Assembly: GCF_006345805.1 (NCBI RefSeq)
Contig: NC_042999.1
Span: 59,954,001-60,018,000, forward strand
Source of the DNA: Octopus sinensis
Lineage: Eukaryota
Reading direction: 5' to 3'
DNA: 64,000 nt
Position numbers and translations under genes: made by a program. Of the stretch, positions 53,107-63,934 are shown piece by piece; position 1 is the first letter of the stretch; each line of letters starts with the position of its first letter. The notes beneath the pieces are model-generated. The model worked only from the letters and a program-made list of their open reading frames with translations. It was not told where the DNA came from and did no database searches.

Positions 53107-56100
53107 ATGACTGCACTTAACCTTGGGTGTATGAATGTGCGTGGTCTGAGCTCGAAGTGGAAGCAAGCTTGTTTCCTCGACGACCTCAGATCACACGATA
53201 TGCATGTGATGGTTGCTACAGAGACCAAGCTGGACAATCTACAAGCCTTCTCGCCCCTCCTGAATGACTATGAGAAAATCATGTCTCCTAGCCGAACCGG
53301 TTGGCGAAGGGGTGCAGTAGTACTGGTTCGAAAAGACTTGGCTCTGCAGACAAGTAAAGTCTATGCAGACCCAGAAGGTGGGCTGGTCGTCCTTGATGTG
53401 ACATACAGCAGTAAGGCCTTCAGGTTGATCGGGATCTATGCACCTTGTGCTAGAGGATTTCAAACTAATTTTTATCGGCGCCTAGAGAACTTTCTCGTGA
53501 CGTCGAAGACATTAGTGGTGTTAGGTTACTATAACGCTATTGTTGATGCGCGCATCGATAGCGTCGGCTCGATCTATAGCAAAGTAAACTCACGCTTCGT
53601 GGATCTGCTCAAGCGGTTTCAGCTGGCAGATCGTTACAGACTTGACCATCCGAACGTCCCAGAGTGGACCTGGATGAGTGGCGACAGAAGGTTCAAGTCC
53701 TATTTAGATAGGATAGGGATAAGAACTGCAGAAAAGTCTAGTTTTAGCTGTCCACAGCTTGTCCAAGTAGCATACACTGACCATAGAATGGTTAAGTGTA
53801 GACTGGACATAGTACATTTAAGAGAGGATCCGACTACTGGAAGCTGAACAAGTACAGAGGGTGTTAACCGGTGCGGTGGTTAATAACTGATGGTGGTTCG
53901 CCCTGAAGAGAGCTATTCGTTTTGAGTCTATTAGGTTTAGCCGTCAGCTAAGACTAGATAAGGCCAGAATGGAAGGGCAACTAGTTAAGGACCTAGAGGA
54001 GGCGTTGAAGTTGGGCTCTGCAACTCACATTTTGGCAGCGAGAACGGCCTTGGACCGTCACCTCAAAGCCAAACATGAGGGGTGTAGAGTTCGGGCTAAA
54101 GTGCGCGCATTGGGATGTGAGGGAATTAATGTTGCTGGATGGGCCTGTACGGTAGAAACCCAGCGTAGCAATGATTCCACAATTAGGTCTCCCGTGGATG
54201 ACAATGGGACTTCGGTCGATGGACGGGACGAGATGTGTGAGGCGATTCACAAGCACTTTGCCAAGTTGTTTGGGAGTGGCGGGGCGCTGGATCATGGCGA
54301 GGGCCTTAGGGACTTCCTGTCTAGCGGTCCGCGTCTCTCAGCACGAGAGGCTGAGTGCTGTGAAGGGCCAATCACGGCCGAGGAGGTAATTGAGGTACTG
54401 GGCGAATGCCCCGAGGAGAAGTCGCCGGGTCTCGATGGTCTGCCTTATGAATTTTACAAAACTATTTCAGACTTGTTGGGGCACCTGCTGGCCAGCGTCT
54501 ACGCCAATTGGCAGCAGAACGAGAGAATTCCCAAGTCTGCGAGTCGGTGGGTGGTGACGTTGATTAGGAAGGACCCGAGCAAGGGACACGAGATAGGGAA
54601 CTTCAGGCCCATAACTCTGCTGAACACAGAGCTAAAGATTTTGGCCAAGGCACTAGCGAAAAGGTTGGCGCGGGTCTTGGACAAACTTGTCGGGGAAGCG
54701 CAAACGTGCGTTATCCCGGGCAGGACGATTCACGACAATCTCCACCTTATACGCTACTCTTTAGAGAGGGTGGCGAAGCTTTCTGGCGCAGGGGGGGGGG
54801 GTGCACTGGTACAGTTAGACCAGTCTAAGGCATTCGATAGGGTCGACCATCGGTACTTGGCGGCGGTCCTCGAGAAGGCTGGCCTGGGCCCGACCTTCCG
54901 CGGTTGGATTGCTGCGTTGTACAGCGACATCGAGTCCGTCGTAAAAATGAATGGTTTCCTTTCGAAGCTATTCAGGATCGAGCGCTCAGTGCGTCAGGGG
55001 TGTCCCCTGTCCCCGCTTTTGTATGTACTGGCTCTCGAGCCATTATTGCGGAAGTTGGAGGCACTAGAGGGCGCACCGCATGATCTATGGTGTGGGAGAG
55101 GAGCTACGGCGTATGCGGATGACATCTCCATCATCGTGGCGGATGAGGGCCAGCTTCCAGTAGTGGAAGAGGCTATCAAAAGTTACGAGGCGGTGGCAGG
55201 AGCAAAGGTTAACAAGGACAAGTCAATTGGTTTGCAGCTCGGCACCTGGAGGGGCAAGCCGATGCCGTCCAATAACGTCGTGGAGCATTGGACGGAAGGT
55301 CCTGCTAAGCTGCTCGGAGTCTGGTTCGGGCCAGACCTACAGATAGAGTAAAACTGGAATAAGGTGACCAGCAAGATGACTGCTCTAACCCAGACCTGGT
55401 CTGGGCAGGCGTTATCCTTGCTAGGAAAGGCGGAGGTGTTGCAGATGTTTATTACATCGGTTATCACCTACCGTCTAACCGTGGTGCCTTGCCCCGATTT
55501 GTGGCTGAACAAGATGGAGAGAATCCTTTTCCACTTTTTGTGGAAGGGAGGAAAGCCATTCGTGAAGCGCTCTGTCTGCTGCCAGAAACCGCTAAAGGGT
55601 GGGCTAGGGATGTCTTGGCTGAGGATGCGAAAATTTGCTTTAAGGTTGAGGCACCTCTGGCTTTACCTGGATGGAGGTGTGGTCACCGCACGTTCGGTCC
55701 GCAATTAACGTCCTTAACGGACATTGGTAATTGGATGAAGCAGAGACCTAGGCTGGGGGACTGGCAATTGGAGTGCAGCCAGGCACTTCAGCTACTCTCT
55801 CGGGCGGGCAATGCCGGCAAAAAGAGTTCCACCGCGGATTTCTATAGCGGGTTTGTGGAGGTTAAGTCCGAAGACGACTTGGGGGAGACCCTGGGCTACG
55901 ATGAAAATCAGTTAATCAACATGTTCCGGAGAACTTTCGGGCCAGGGTATCTGGACAATTACCAGAAATCTCTGGCTTGGCAGTGCTTCCGTGCAGCGTT
56001 ACCTGTTCGTGATAAACTGTCAAGACACGGAAGTGCCGTCTCGCCGACATGTCCGAGGTGAGGGCAGGACAGGGAAACCGTCTTGCACGCATTTGTGGAG

Positions 56101-56451
56101 TGTCCGGAATTAACGGGACTGATAGTTTTCGCAGAGCAGCTGTTGTCATCGATGGGAAGAGTACAGTTATAGGTTGAATCTGTCATCGAGATTGTGCCGC
56201 CCCCTTCCCTTAACAGGGAAAGGAAGGCTTGCTTTTTCTGCATAGTAGCCATACTGAAAGAAACAGTATGGAAGACGCGTGTGAGAGGCATTGTGTCGGG
56301 TACCTTTGTATCCGGCCAGGGATTGGTTAACTTTTTTAGTTACCACCTCAGTAATAAGATCAGGCTGGAGAAAAGGTACCTGTCACAAGGTAGATTCATA
56401 AGATGATGGAAGCCTGTGGCGAGGAAGCTGGGAGTGTTTTGCACCAGGTAA
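53107..56451 (+). pseudogene. LINE ORF2 (AP endonuclease, reverse transcriptase, C-terminal zinc finger), disrupted
   Basis: MNVRGL, ATETKL, IGIYAP, YLDRI, TDH (APE); KSPGLDGLP.EFYK, FRPITLLN, LDQSKAFDRVDH, RQGCPLSP, YADD, LLGVWF (RT); CPR*G..ETVLHAFVEC (zinc finger). Confidence 0.95.
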
Positions 56452-56701
56452 GTGGAAGCCAAAAACAGGAAAGAAAAAGCAAGGGATCTACCCTGGTGGT
56501 CGGATGCCTATCCTTCAGAGAAGCCATTACAAATTTCATTTATAATGAGCAACGCTTAAGTCAAAAGTTATAAACATATTTATTAAATTATTGTAAATTT
56601 TAAATTGTAAATTTTTAATCGTTACAGCTACTTCACCCTTTTATGTTTGTTCTTGTTCGTCCCCTCTTTGTAATGCCTTTTTGGAATATATTTATGAAAT
56701 A

Positions 56702-56828
56702 AAGTAGCTTACTTACCAACCACATAGTTTCAGGTTCAGTCCCACTGCGTGGCACTTTGGGCAAGTGTCTTCTCCAATAGCCTTGGGCCGATCAAAGCCT
56801 TGTGAGTGGATTTGGTTGACGGAACTGA
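56702..56828 (+). mobile_element. Continuation of the SINE B split by the LINE
   Basis: After the TSD the sequence resumes CAACCACATAGTTTCAGGTTCAGTCCCACTGCGTGGCAC, where SINE B consensus continues. Confidence 0.9.
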
Positions 56829-57778
56829 CTTGTTCATTGTAGGTTTCTAAATAAACAGAAATACCTAATAAAATCAACATGTATCATCTTACTGTTTCTT
56901 ACTGTCTCTTCATTGATTGTATATTTTATCTGTGGTGTTTGTGGTGTTATGGGCTGGGATGAGCTATGCGGTGTTGGTGGAGAGAATTGCAGATGTTAGA
57001 CAGAAGTGAAGATTGCAGGGACCGGTGGAACAACCACGGGGCATGCGTGGGCAGGAAGAACGTGCAGGCAATTCGAGCAGAGACGGCATCGTGCAAGGAC
57101 GTGTTTATTTCTTGACAGTGATCGCTCATCCCGCCGAGGTCAACAGGTAAGGTCTTGTATTTCTTTCTTCCGTTTGCTTCTTTTTCTGTTGTCTTCTTCC
57201 TCCATCACACTTTAAAAAAAAATTTATCTGTATGTGTTTACTTTATGCGCATTTCAGTTTTATGTATACCTCTCATATATCTGTGTACATCAATATGTGT
57301 GTGTTTTAAAATGAGGGCTTCTGTTTCCAAAACTCTAAAGTCGAGTAACGTCTCCATGCTTGGATTTGTAAACTACGATAAGAATAACACTGGTCAACAA
57401 AGAATTTGACCCAAGGAAAGAATACCTGTATCTTATATGCTTTTGCATGCAGAATTAAAAAATAATGTCAAATTATCTGAGTCCCCCACAATTTCTCTGT
57501 TCCATGATATCCCTCTCAGTTCCTGTTACGTTAAGCTGTTGAAATGTGAAGCTAACGGTTTGAGAAATAATCCTATTTTAGGTTTTTATTAATAGAATTA
57601 ACTTAGTGAAGTCATAAATCCAGCTATCTGAGTCAATGAGTCCCCAAAATACATGAAACGAAAAATATTTTAAAATACTAACACACAGAAAAATATATAA
57701 TATACTAACACAGAAAATTTAAAACAAAATACGCAGGTGAAAATAATCTCATGTTGTGAAGAATCACGGTGAAATATC

Positions 57779-57996
57779 TATTTCTTTACTACCCACAAGG
57801 AGCTAAACACAGAGGGGACAAACGGATTAAGTCGATTACATTGACTCCAGTGCGTAACTGGTACTTAATTTATCGACCCCGAAAGGATGAAAGGCAAAGT
57901 CGACCTCGGCGGAATTTGAACTGAGACGTAACGGCAGACGAAATACGGCTACGCATTTCACCCGACGTGCTAACGTTTCTGCCAGCTCGCCGCCTT
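57779..57996 (-). mobile_element. SINE family A, full length, tail type 1, perfect 16-bp TSD
   Basis: TSD ATCACGGTGAAATATC at 57763-57778 and 57997-58012 (GATATTTC.. on the element strand). Confidence 0.93.
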
Positions 57997-58314
57997 ATCA
58001 CGGTGAAATATCAACATAGACAACAGTGAACCACAACACAGCGTACAGTTGTCATGGTAACAAGCTGCTAATGTTACGCTGTCTGTTGATTGGCTAAAAT
58101 TACTCTAATTTCCTAACTCTAATTCCAAATAACATCAGATTCTTTAATTTACGAGATAAGGTAATTGGTTGATTGTAATCAAAATTCAGAGTTGCAGCGA
58201 TACACCAAAATTGAAAGCAATCTGAGCAAAATTAAGTGGGGGTCATTTTGTGAATGAGAAAGACTAGACCCCTTGTGCCTATAATACAAAGAATAGTTAG
58301 TATTATTATTGGAT

Positions 58315-58730
58315 AAGGCAGCAAGCTGGCAGAATCGTTAGCACGCAAGGAAAAATACTTAGAGGGATTCGTCTGTCTTTACGTTCTGAGTTCAAATTCC
58401 TCCGAGTTCGACTTTACTTTTCATCCTGTCGGGGTTGATAATTTGAGTACCGGGTTCGATATAATCGACTTACCCTCTCCCCCGCCCCCAAATTTCAGGC
58501 CTTGTGCCTTTAGTAGAGAGGAATATTATTATTATTGGTTTCAAATTTTGACATCAGGCCAGTAATTTTGTGGGAGTAGGTAAATTATTCGAATACTTTT
58601 TCCGCCAACGATGTATATCTTTCATCCTTGCGGAGTCAATAAAAAAGTACCAGCTGAATACAAGGACCGACGTAATCGAATAGCCCCATCCTCAAAATTT
58701 CAGGCTTTTTGTCAAAAGCAGAAAGGATTA
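58315..58730 (+). mobile_element. SINE family A copy (tail type 2) plus a second fragment
   Basis: AAGGCAGCAAGCTGGCAGAATCG head; CCCCAAATTTCAGGCCTTGTGCCTTTAGTAG tail. Confidence 0.8.
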
Positions 58731-58859
58731 TTAATATTATTAATATCTTTTTGACGGTATGGTGTAATTTGAGGAAGATTTGGCTGTTATTTCTAGTGAC
58801 AACTTGGCAGTTTCCTTATTGGCTAGTGTGACAAGATATTCACACCGTATGCCATCCTC

Positions 58860-59130
58860 CCTCAGCTGTGAAACGTTAAAAAGCCGACAAACTTTAGAAG
58901 AAAACTTACCATCAAGATAAAAGCGATGCTCTCTATGGATTTTTAAAGACATACACGACACCATTAACAGAAAAATTATAGAAAAGAAGATAAAAATTGA
59001 AGCTGCCAACAAACTTCAAAGAGAGAAAGAAAAATTACAGAAGATAAGTGAAGCAGAAATATTTATGTTCCATACATCGCTGGCGAAGAAAGTATTCGAG
59101 CAATTTACAAATTGTATCTGAGAGAATTCT
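58860..59130 (+). pseudogene. Possible Penelope-like retroelement fragment (RT to GIY-YIG linker)
   Basis: Frameshifted peptides ..FKDIHDTINRKII.. and IYVPYIAGEESIRAI resemble the PLE linker motif PY..G.SE.I. Confidence 0.45.
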
Positions 59131-59559
59131 TATACAGGATGTGCCAAAAGTCATTATTTTTTTTTTAAATAAGCTAATAATTTTAACAATCAGATGAAAA
59201 GATGAAATGTCTTATGAATACATAACGAGGGTTTATATTTTATCTATTTAGAAATCAATTTAGTTAGCTTCAAATGAATTTAAACACCAAATTTGATGCA
59301 TTCGTATTATTTTAGAAAGAGGTTAAGGGAAGCGAATTAGAAAAAATGGATTTGCAGAAAAAAAAAAAAAAAAAGAAAAAATTCTGATGTGATATTGGTG
59401 GCAGCTTTTTACAATCTGAATTCAATCCCTGCTGCGATCAAATAAATCTTCTTTGGTATTAAGCTAAAAAATTTTATCACGTAAAAAATGAAATATATTA
59501 TGAGCGGATAAGAAGGGTTAATATATTTATTTAAAGATTAATTTAATGATTTTAATATG

Positions 59560-60050
59560 GATTTAGATACCAGACTCAAAGTATTCATTTTAGAGACTGT
59601 TAGGGCTAAATTTAAAGGTCTGCATAAAGGAAAAGAAAACACATCCCATCTAAAAATAAAAGTATTCTCAAGAATTACAATGAAAAGAAGAAAAAAAGGT
59701 ATCGGAGGGGCGATGCATACCCTGCGCGCATACAAAGATAAAATAAAATTTAATTTAATAAATATATTCTCAGACGATTTATATTTCAACAAAACGGCAT
59801 CAAGAGTTATCTCCCCTGCTTATCGTTTATGCATATGTAACAAAGAAAACAAGTTGACTCTCCGTCCGTCAGTTTCGAAGATAATCAAACCAAAATTTAA
59901 TGAGTTTAAACTTCTCAACCAATGAGTATTCCTGCCAAATTTGGTGAAAATCCGTTCTGCCGTTTTCCCGTAATTTCGTAAACACACAGACAAACCGTCA
60001 AGACGAGCGACTACAATAACCCCGCTTCGCTTACGCGTGAAGGGTTGCAA
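59560..60050 (-). mobile_element. Putative HINE/DINE-like non-autonomous element
   Basis: Minus strand starts in a T-run with AACCC..GCGAAGCGGGGTT, then GTCTGTGTGT..AAAACGGCAGAACGGATTTTCACCAAATTTGGC; style resembles Helentron-associated elements; left boundary uncertain. Confidence 0.4.
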
Positions 60051-60089
60051 AAAAAAAAAACACCAACTAAATTATGGGTAGGAGAGAAT

Positions 60090-60400
60090 TTACTCAAACT
60101 AGCTGCCCTCAGCTTCCACCACCATCTCAAGACGGGTCCGGAATTTGGCACGTGTGTTCCTCACTGTGTACCTAGAAAGATCTTCGAACAACTCCTTAAT
60201 TTGGGCCAGCAGCTCGACCTTGGTATTGCAAGCAGAGCGGTTGGTGTTTTGCTTAATCGCGACTCACACATAATAATCTATGGGATTATAATCAGGGTAA
60301 TTAGGAGGCAAGAAATTGGGATAATGTAGTCGTAGAAATTCTCTGACAACCACTTCTAACTCTTTCTGGAGGTATGGCAAGGAGCTGAATCCTGCCGCTA
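60090..60400 (-). pseudogene. DD37D (maT/Bmmar1-like) transposase C-terminal fragment
   Basis: QDSAPCHTSRKS*KWLSENF...PPNYPDYNPIDYYV (37 residues D to D after correcting one 1-nt frameshift), ..FRTRLEMVVEAEGS*FE*. Confidence 0.8.
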
Positions 60401-60547
60401 TACTCTATTTACTATCTTTTACTTGTTTCAGTCATTTGACTGCGGCCATGCTGGAGCACCGCCTACATATGACCTTCCGCAATCAACCCTCTCCAGCCAG
60501 GATTTTACCAGTCTCCCAGCAGCTTTACATACTCGATTAAGTCCAAG

Positions 60548-60935
60548 GCTCTTTTACTTGTTTCAGTCATTTGACTGTGGCCATGCTGGAACACCGTCTT
60601 TAGTCGAAAAAATCGACCCCACGACTTATTCTTTGTAAACCTAGTACTTATTCTATCGGTTTCTTTTGCCGAACCACTAAGTTACGGGGACGTAAACACA
60701 CCAGCATCGGTTGTCAAATGATGTTGGGGGACAAACACAGACACACAAACATATACACACACATATACATATATACGACGGGCTTCCTTCAGTTTCTGTC
60801 TACCAAATTCACTCACAAGGCTTTGGTCGGCCCGAGGCTATAGTAGAAGGTACTTGCCCAATGTGTCACGCAGTGGGACTGAACCCGGAACCATGTGGTC
60901 GGTAAGGAAGCTTCTTACCACACAGCCACTCCTGT
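60548..60935 (-). mobile_element. SINE family B, full length
   Basis: Reverse complement of the complete family B sequence, including the internal microsatellite. Confidence 0.9.
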
Positions 60936-61297
60936 GTGTGTGTGTGTGCGTGTGTATGTGTGTGTGTGCGTGTGTATGTGTGTGTGTGACAACCTCTTGA
61001 CAACCGGTGTTACTTTGTTTACACCCCTGTAATGTAGCGGTTGCTCATAAGGGAACGATGGAGTAAGCACCAGGCTTAAAATAAGCACTGCTTTCGATTC
61101 ATTTGGCTAAAATCTCCTCAAGGCAGGTAAACAATAAAGAATACATTTTAATTAAGATATCGTTTATCTGGAAGTATATTACCCGATGTGATTTTTGTCT
61201 TACTTTCAAAACATTAGCGTGTCATTTCAGTGAGTTCTGACTATTTTTTTTAGTAATGCGAGTGTCCAGGAATAGGCGCCATATTTGGGTCGGGTAT

Positions 61298-61714
61298 TTA
61301 AAAATGCATAAAAATATACGATAATTTCCATATATATCCATTAATTAGATGGGCCGTTGATGATATCCCTCTAGCTGTCTCACGTTCAACTTTATCGTTC
61401 TGATTGGCTTCCATACTTGCATATGCTCGGATATGACTTTTCCACACATCCATCGCTGTAGGACTTAACAAAATACAAAACGGATTAAAATAAAAACAGA
61501 AAAAAAAAAAGAAATGATAATGAGACATCTGTACGTCAATGAATTTATACAACACTTTTGCTAGAGTTTCGGTCGCCATAGTAGGATCCAGTGACAAGAT
61601 TTGGAAGATGACTGGTTCTATTTTGACTGCAAGGTTTATATCAGAATATGTTTCTCCTAAAAGAACCGCATTTCCGACAGCTTCGTTAAAAACTACAGGC
61701 ATCTCTTTCTCTGT
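61298..61714 (-). CDS. Candidate coding exon(s) of an unidentified protein
   Basis: Acceptor tttttcag then TEKEMPVVFNEAVGNAVLLGETYSDINLAVKIEPVIFQILSLDPTMATETLAKV.. with G-first codon bias; T-rich intron-like stretch ~61464-61550; then ..AMDVWKSHIRAYASMEANQNDKVERETARG.. Confidence 0.4.
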   Translation of the reverse strand, partial: TEKEMPVVFNEAVGNAVLLGETYSDINLAVKIEPVIFQILSLDPTMATETLAKVLYKFIDVQMSHYHFFFFFCFYFNPFCILLSPTAMDVWKSHIRAYASMEANQNDKVERETARGISSTAHLINGYIWKLSYIFMHF

Positions 61715-61945
61715 CTGAAAAATTTCTTATTGGAAATTCCTTACATGTTGATCTAACATGTAAGACTTTATAATTCCTGTTAATAAATGGAACACGTGTA
61801 ATGGTGAATGCATAATACCAAAAAATTGTAATTTCCAGTCTTGTAATATTTCTCTCTCTTTCTCTCTCTCTCTCTCTATGCATGTATGTGTGTGTGTGTG
61901 TACACATACACACACACATATATATATATATATACACACATTAAT

Positions 61946-62021
<76 letters not shown>

Positions 62022-62061
62022 ATATCTATCTATCTATCTGTCTCTTTCTCTCTCCCTGTCA

Positions 62062-62117
<56 letters not shown>

Positions 62118-62172
62118 TTTTCTCTCTCTGTCTCTGTCTCTCTCCTTGTCTGTCTGTCTGTCCCTCTCCCGC

Positions 62173-62249
<77 letters not shown>

Positions 62250-62250
62250 A
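61946..62250. repeat. (TATC)n/(TC)n/(TGTC)n compound microsatellite
   Basis: Direct observation. Confidence 0.95.
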
Positions 62251-62496
62251 ATACGTACGAGTATGTATGCATTAGCATATCTCTTGCATCTTTTGTTGAA
62301 CTCTCCTGAAATGTACCGGACAGAAGTGAAGGTTTGTTTACAATCCGTGAATACAGCTTCACTTTCCTCAGCTCCTATGCATTCGAAAAGATCACCAAAA
62401 TTATAACAAAATCACATTTACAAATAAGAATTTCGAAAAGACAAAGTCTTTGCTAGTTACTTCAGGAACTGGTCGACCACTTCTTGAAGAAGTGAG

Positions 62497-62579
<83 letters not shown>

Positions 62580-63002
62580 TATATATATGTAGATATATGA
62601 AAAGAAAACAACGTTTAAGAGCACAGTAAGAAATGCAAAATCCAAATGCAATTGGCTGTGCAAGTTCCAGTTCTGTAAACAGAGTTTGTCCCAACGAAAT
62701 TTATGCAGATTTGTTCAATTCATGTGGATTAACGGACACATAAAATTTCTTTGTGCAGCAACCAAGTTCACACGAAGATAAAGAAAAGCTCTTAGAATTT
62801 TCTAATAGTTTCTGCATAATAAAAACAGGCTTAATGCTAAGATGGTTGCTGTTTGTTTTCTTCTCAAAAATGGGTTGCTTAATCGCCGTAATTGCATCAT
62901 TTAGTTTGATGAAAGCCTAAGACAACTGAATTAATTCTAAAATGGTGAAATGGTTAATTTAAATTTGATAAAACATAACACCCTCATTATGTAAGCATAC
63001 GA

Positions 63003-63403
63003 AGGCGGCGAGATGGCAGAAACGCTAGCACGCCGGGCAAAATGCTTAGCAGTATTTCGTCTGCCGTTACGTTCTGAGTTCAAATTCCGCAGAGGTTGAC
63101 TTTGCCTTTCATCTTTTCGGGGTCGATTAAATAAGTACCAGTTACGCACTGGGGTCGATCTAATCGACTTAATCCGTTTGTCTGTCCTTGTTTGTCCTCT
63201 CTGTGTTTATCCCCTTGTGGGTAGTAAAGAAATAGGTATTTCGTCTACCGCTACGTTCTGAGTTCAAATTCCGCCGAGGTCGACTTTGCCTTTCATCCTT
63301 TCGGGGTCGATAAATTAAGTACCAGTAACGTAGTGGGGTGGATCTAATCGACTGGCCCCCTCCCCCCAAATTTCGGGCCTTGTGCCTAGAGTAGAAAAGA
63401 TTG
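63003..63403 (+). mobile_element. Composite SINE A dimer (full unit with tail 1, then headless unit with tail 2)
   Basis: Junction GAAATA-GGTATTTCGTCT at ~63229-63246; same architecture on the minus strand at ~49830-50217. Confidence 0.85.
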
Positions 63404-63664
63404 TGTAAGCATATGATAATAACAAATTTCGTCATCTTTTTCTAACGGGTTAAAAATTAAAGTACAGTACAACTAGTTGTCATTGCTAGTTGTCACTTGC
63501 TAGTGAGTATGGTTTGGTGATACGCTTTGAATAAGATAAGCAGAGGAGAGTAAGAGAAGGAATGGTATTATGGGAGCAGCACTTTTGGGTATGCTATATA
63601 AGCTTGTATGGGGTGGGGTGAAAACTCAGTGGCTGCCCCGAGAGATACACGCATATACTGCGAT

Positions 63665-63890
63665 TTTACTCTTTTACTTGTTTCAGTCATGTGATTGTGG
63701 GCACACTAGAGCACCGCCTTTAGTCGAGCAAATCAACCCCACGACTTCTTCTTTGTAAGCCTAGTACTTATTCCATTGGTCTCTCTTGCCGAGCCGCTAG
63801 GTTACGAGGACGTAAACACACCAGCATCTGTTGTCGAGCGATGTTGGGGGGACAAACACCGACACACAAACATATACACACACATACATA
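63665..63890 (-). mobile_element. SINE family B 3' half
   Basis: Reverse complement of the family B 3' region, running into (TA)n at the window end. Confidence 0.8.
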
Positions 63891-63898
63891 TATATACA

Positions 63899-63934
<36 letters not shown>

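Larger units (their letters stand above)
50657..56701 (+). mobile_element. Full-length Tx1-like (L1 clade) non-LTR retrotransposon, inactivated
   Basis: TSD AAGTAGCTT(G/A)CTTAC at 50642-50656 and 56702-56716; 5' UTR with tandem monomers; ORF1 with a CCHC knuckle; ORF2 with APE, RT and a C-terminal zinc finger; AATAAA at the 3' junction. Confidence 0.93.

Noticed and set aside
51487-56291. Antisense and alternate-frame ORFs overlapping the LINE
   Set aside because: They are shadow ORFs of GC-richer coding sequence and are explained by ORF1/ORF2.
59557-59925. 122-aa ORF MDLDTRLKVF..
   Set aside because: It lies within a putative non-autonomous repeat, is K/I-rich from base composition and shows no recognisable motif.
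61600-61700. Resemblance of FNEAVGNAVLL..SDIN to the ACE/peptidase M2 FHEAIGD..SDIN region
   Set aside because: The spacing and flanking conserved residues do not fit, so no gene symbol was assigned.
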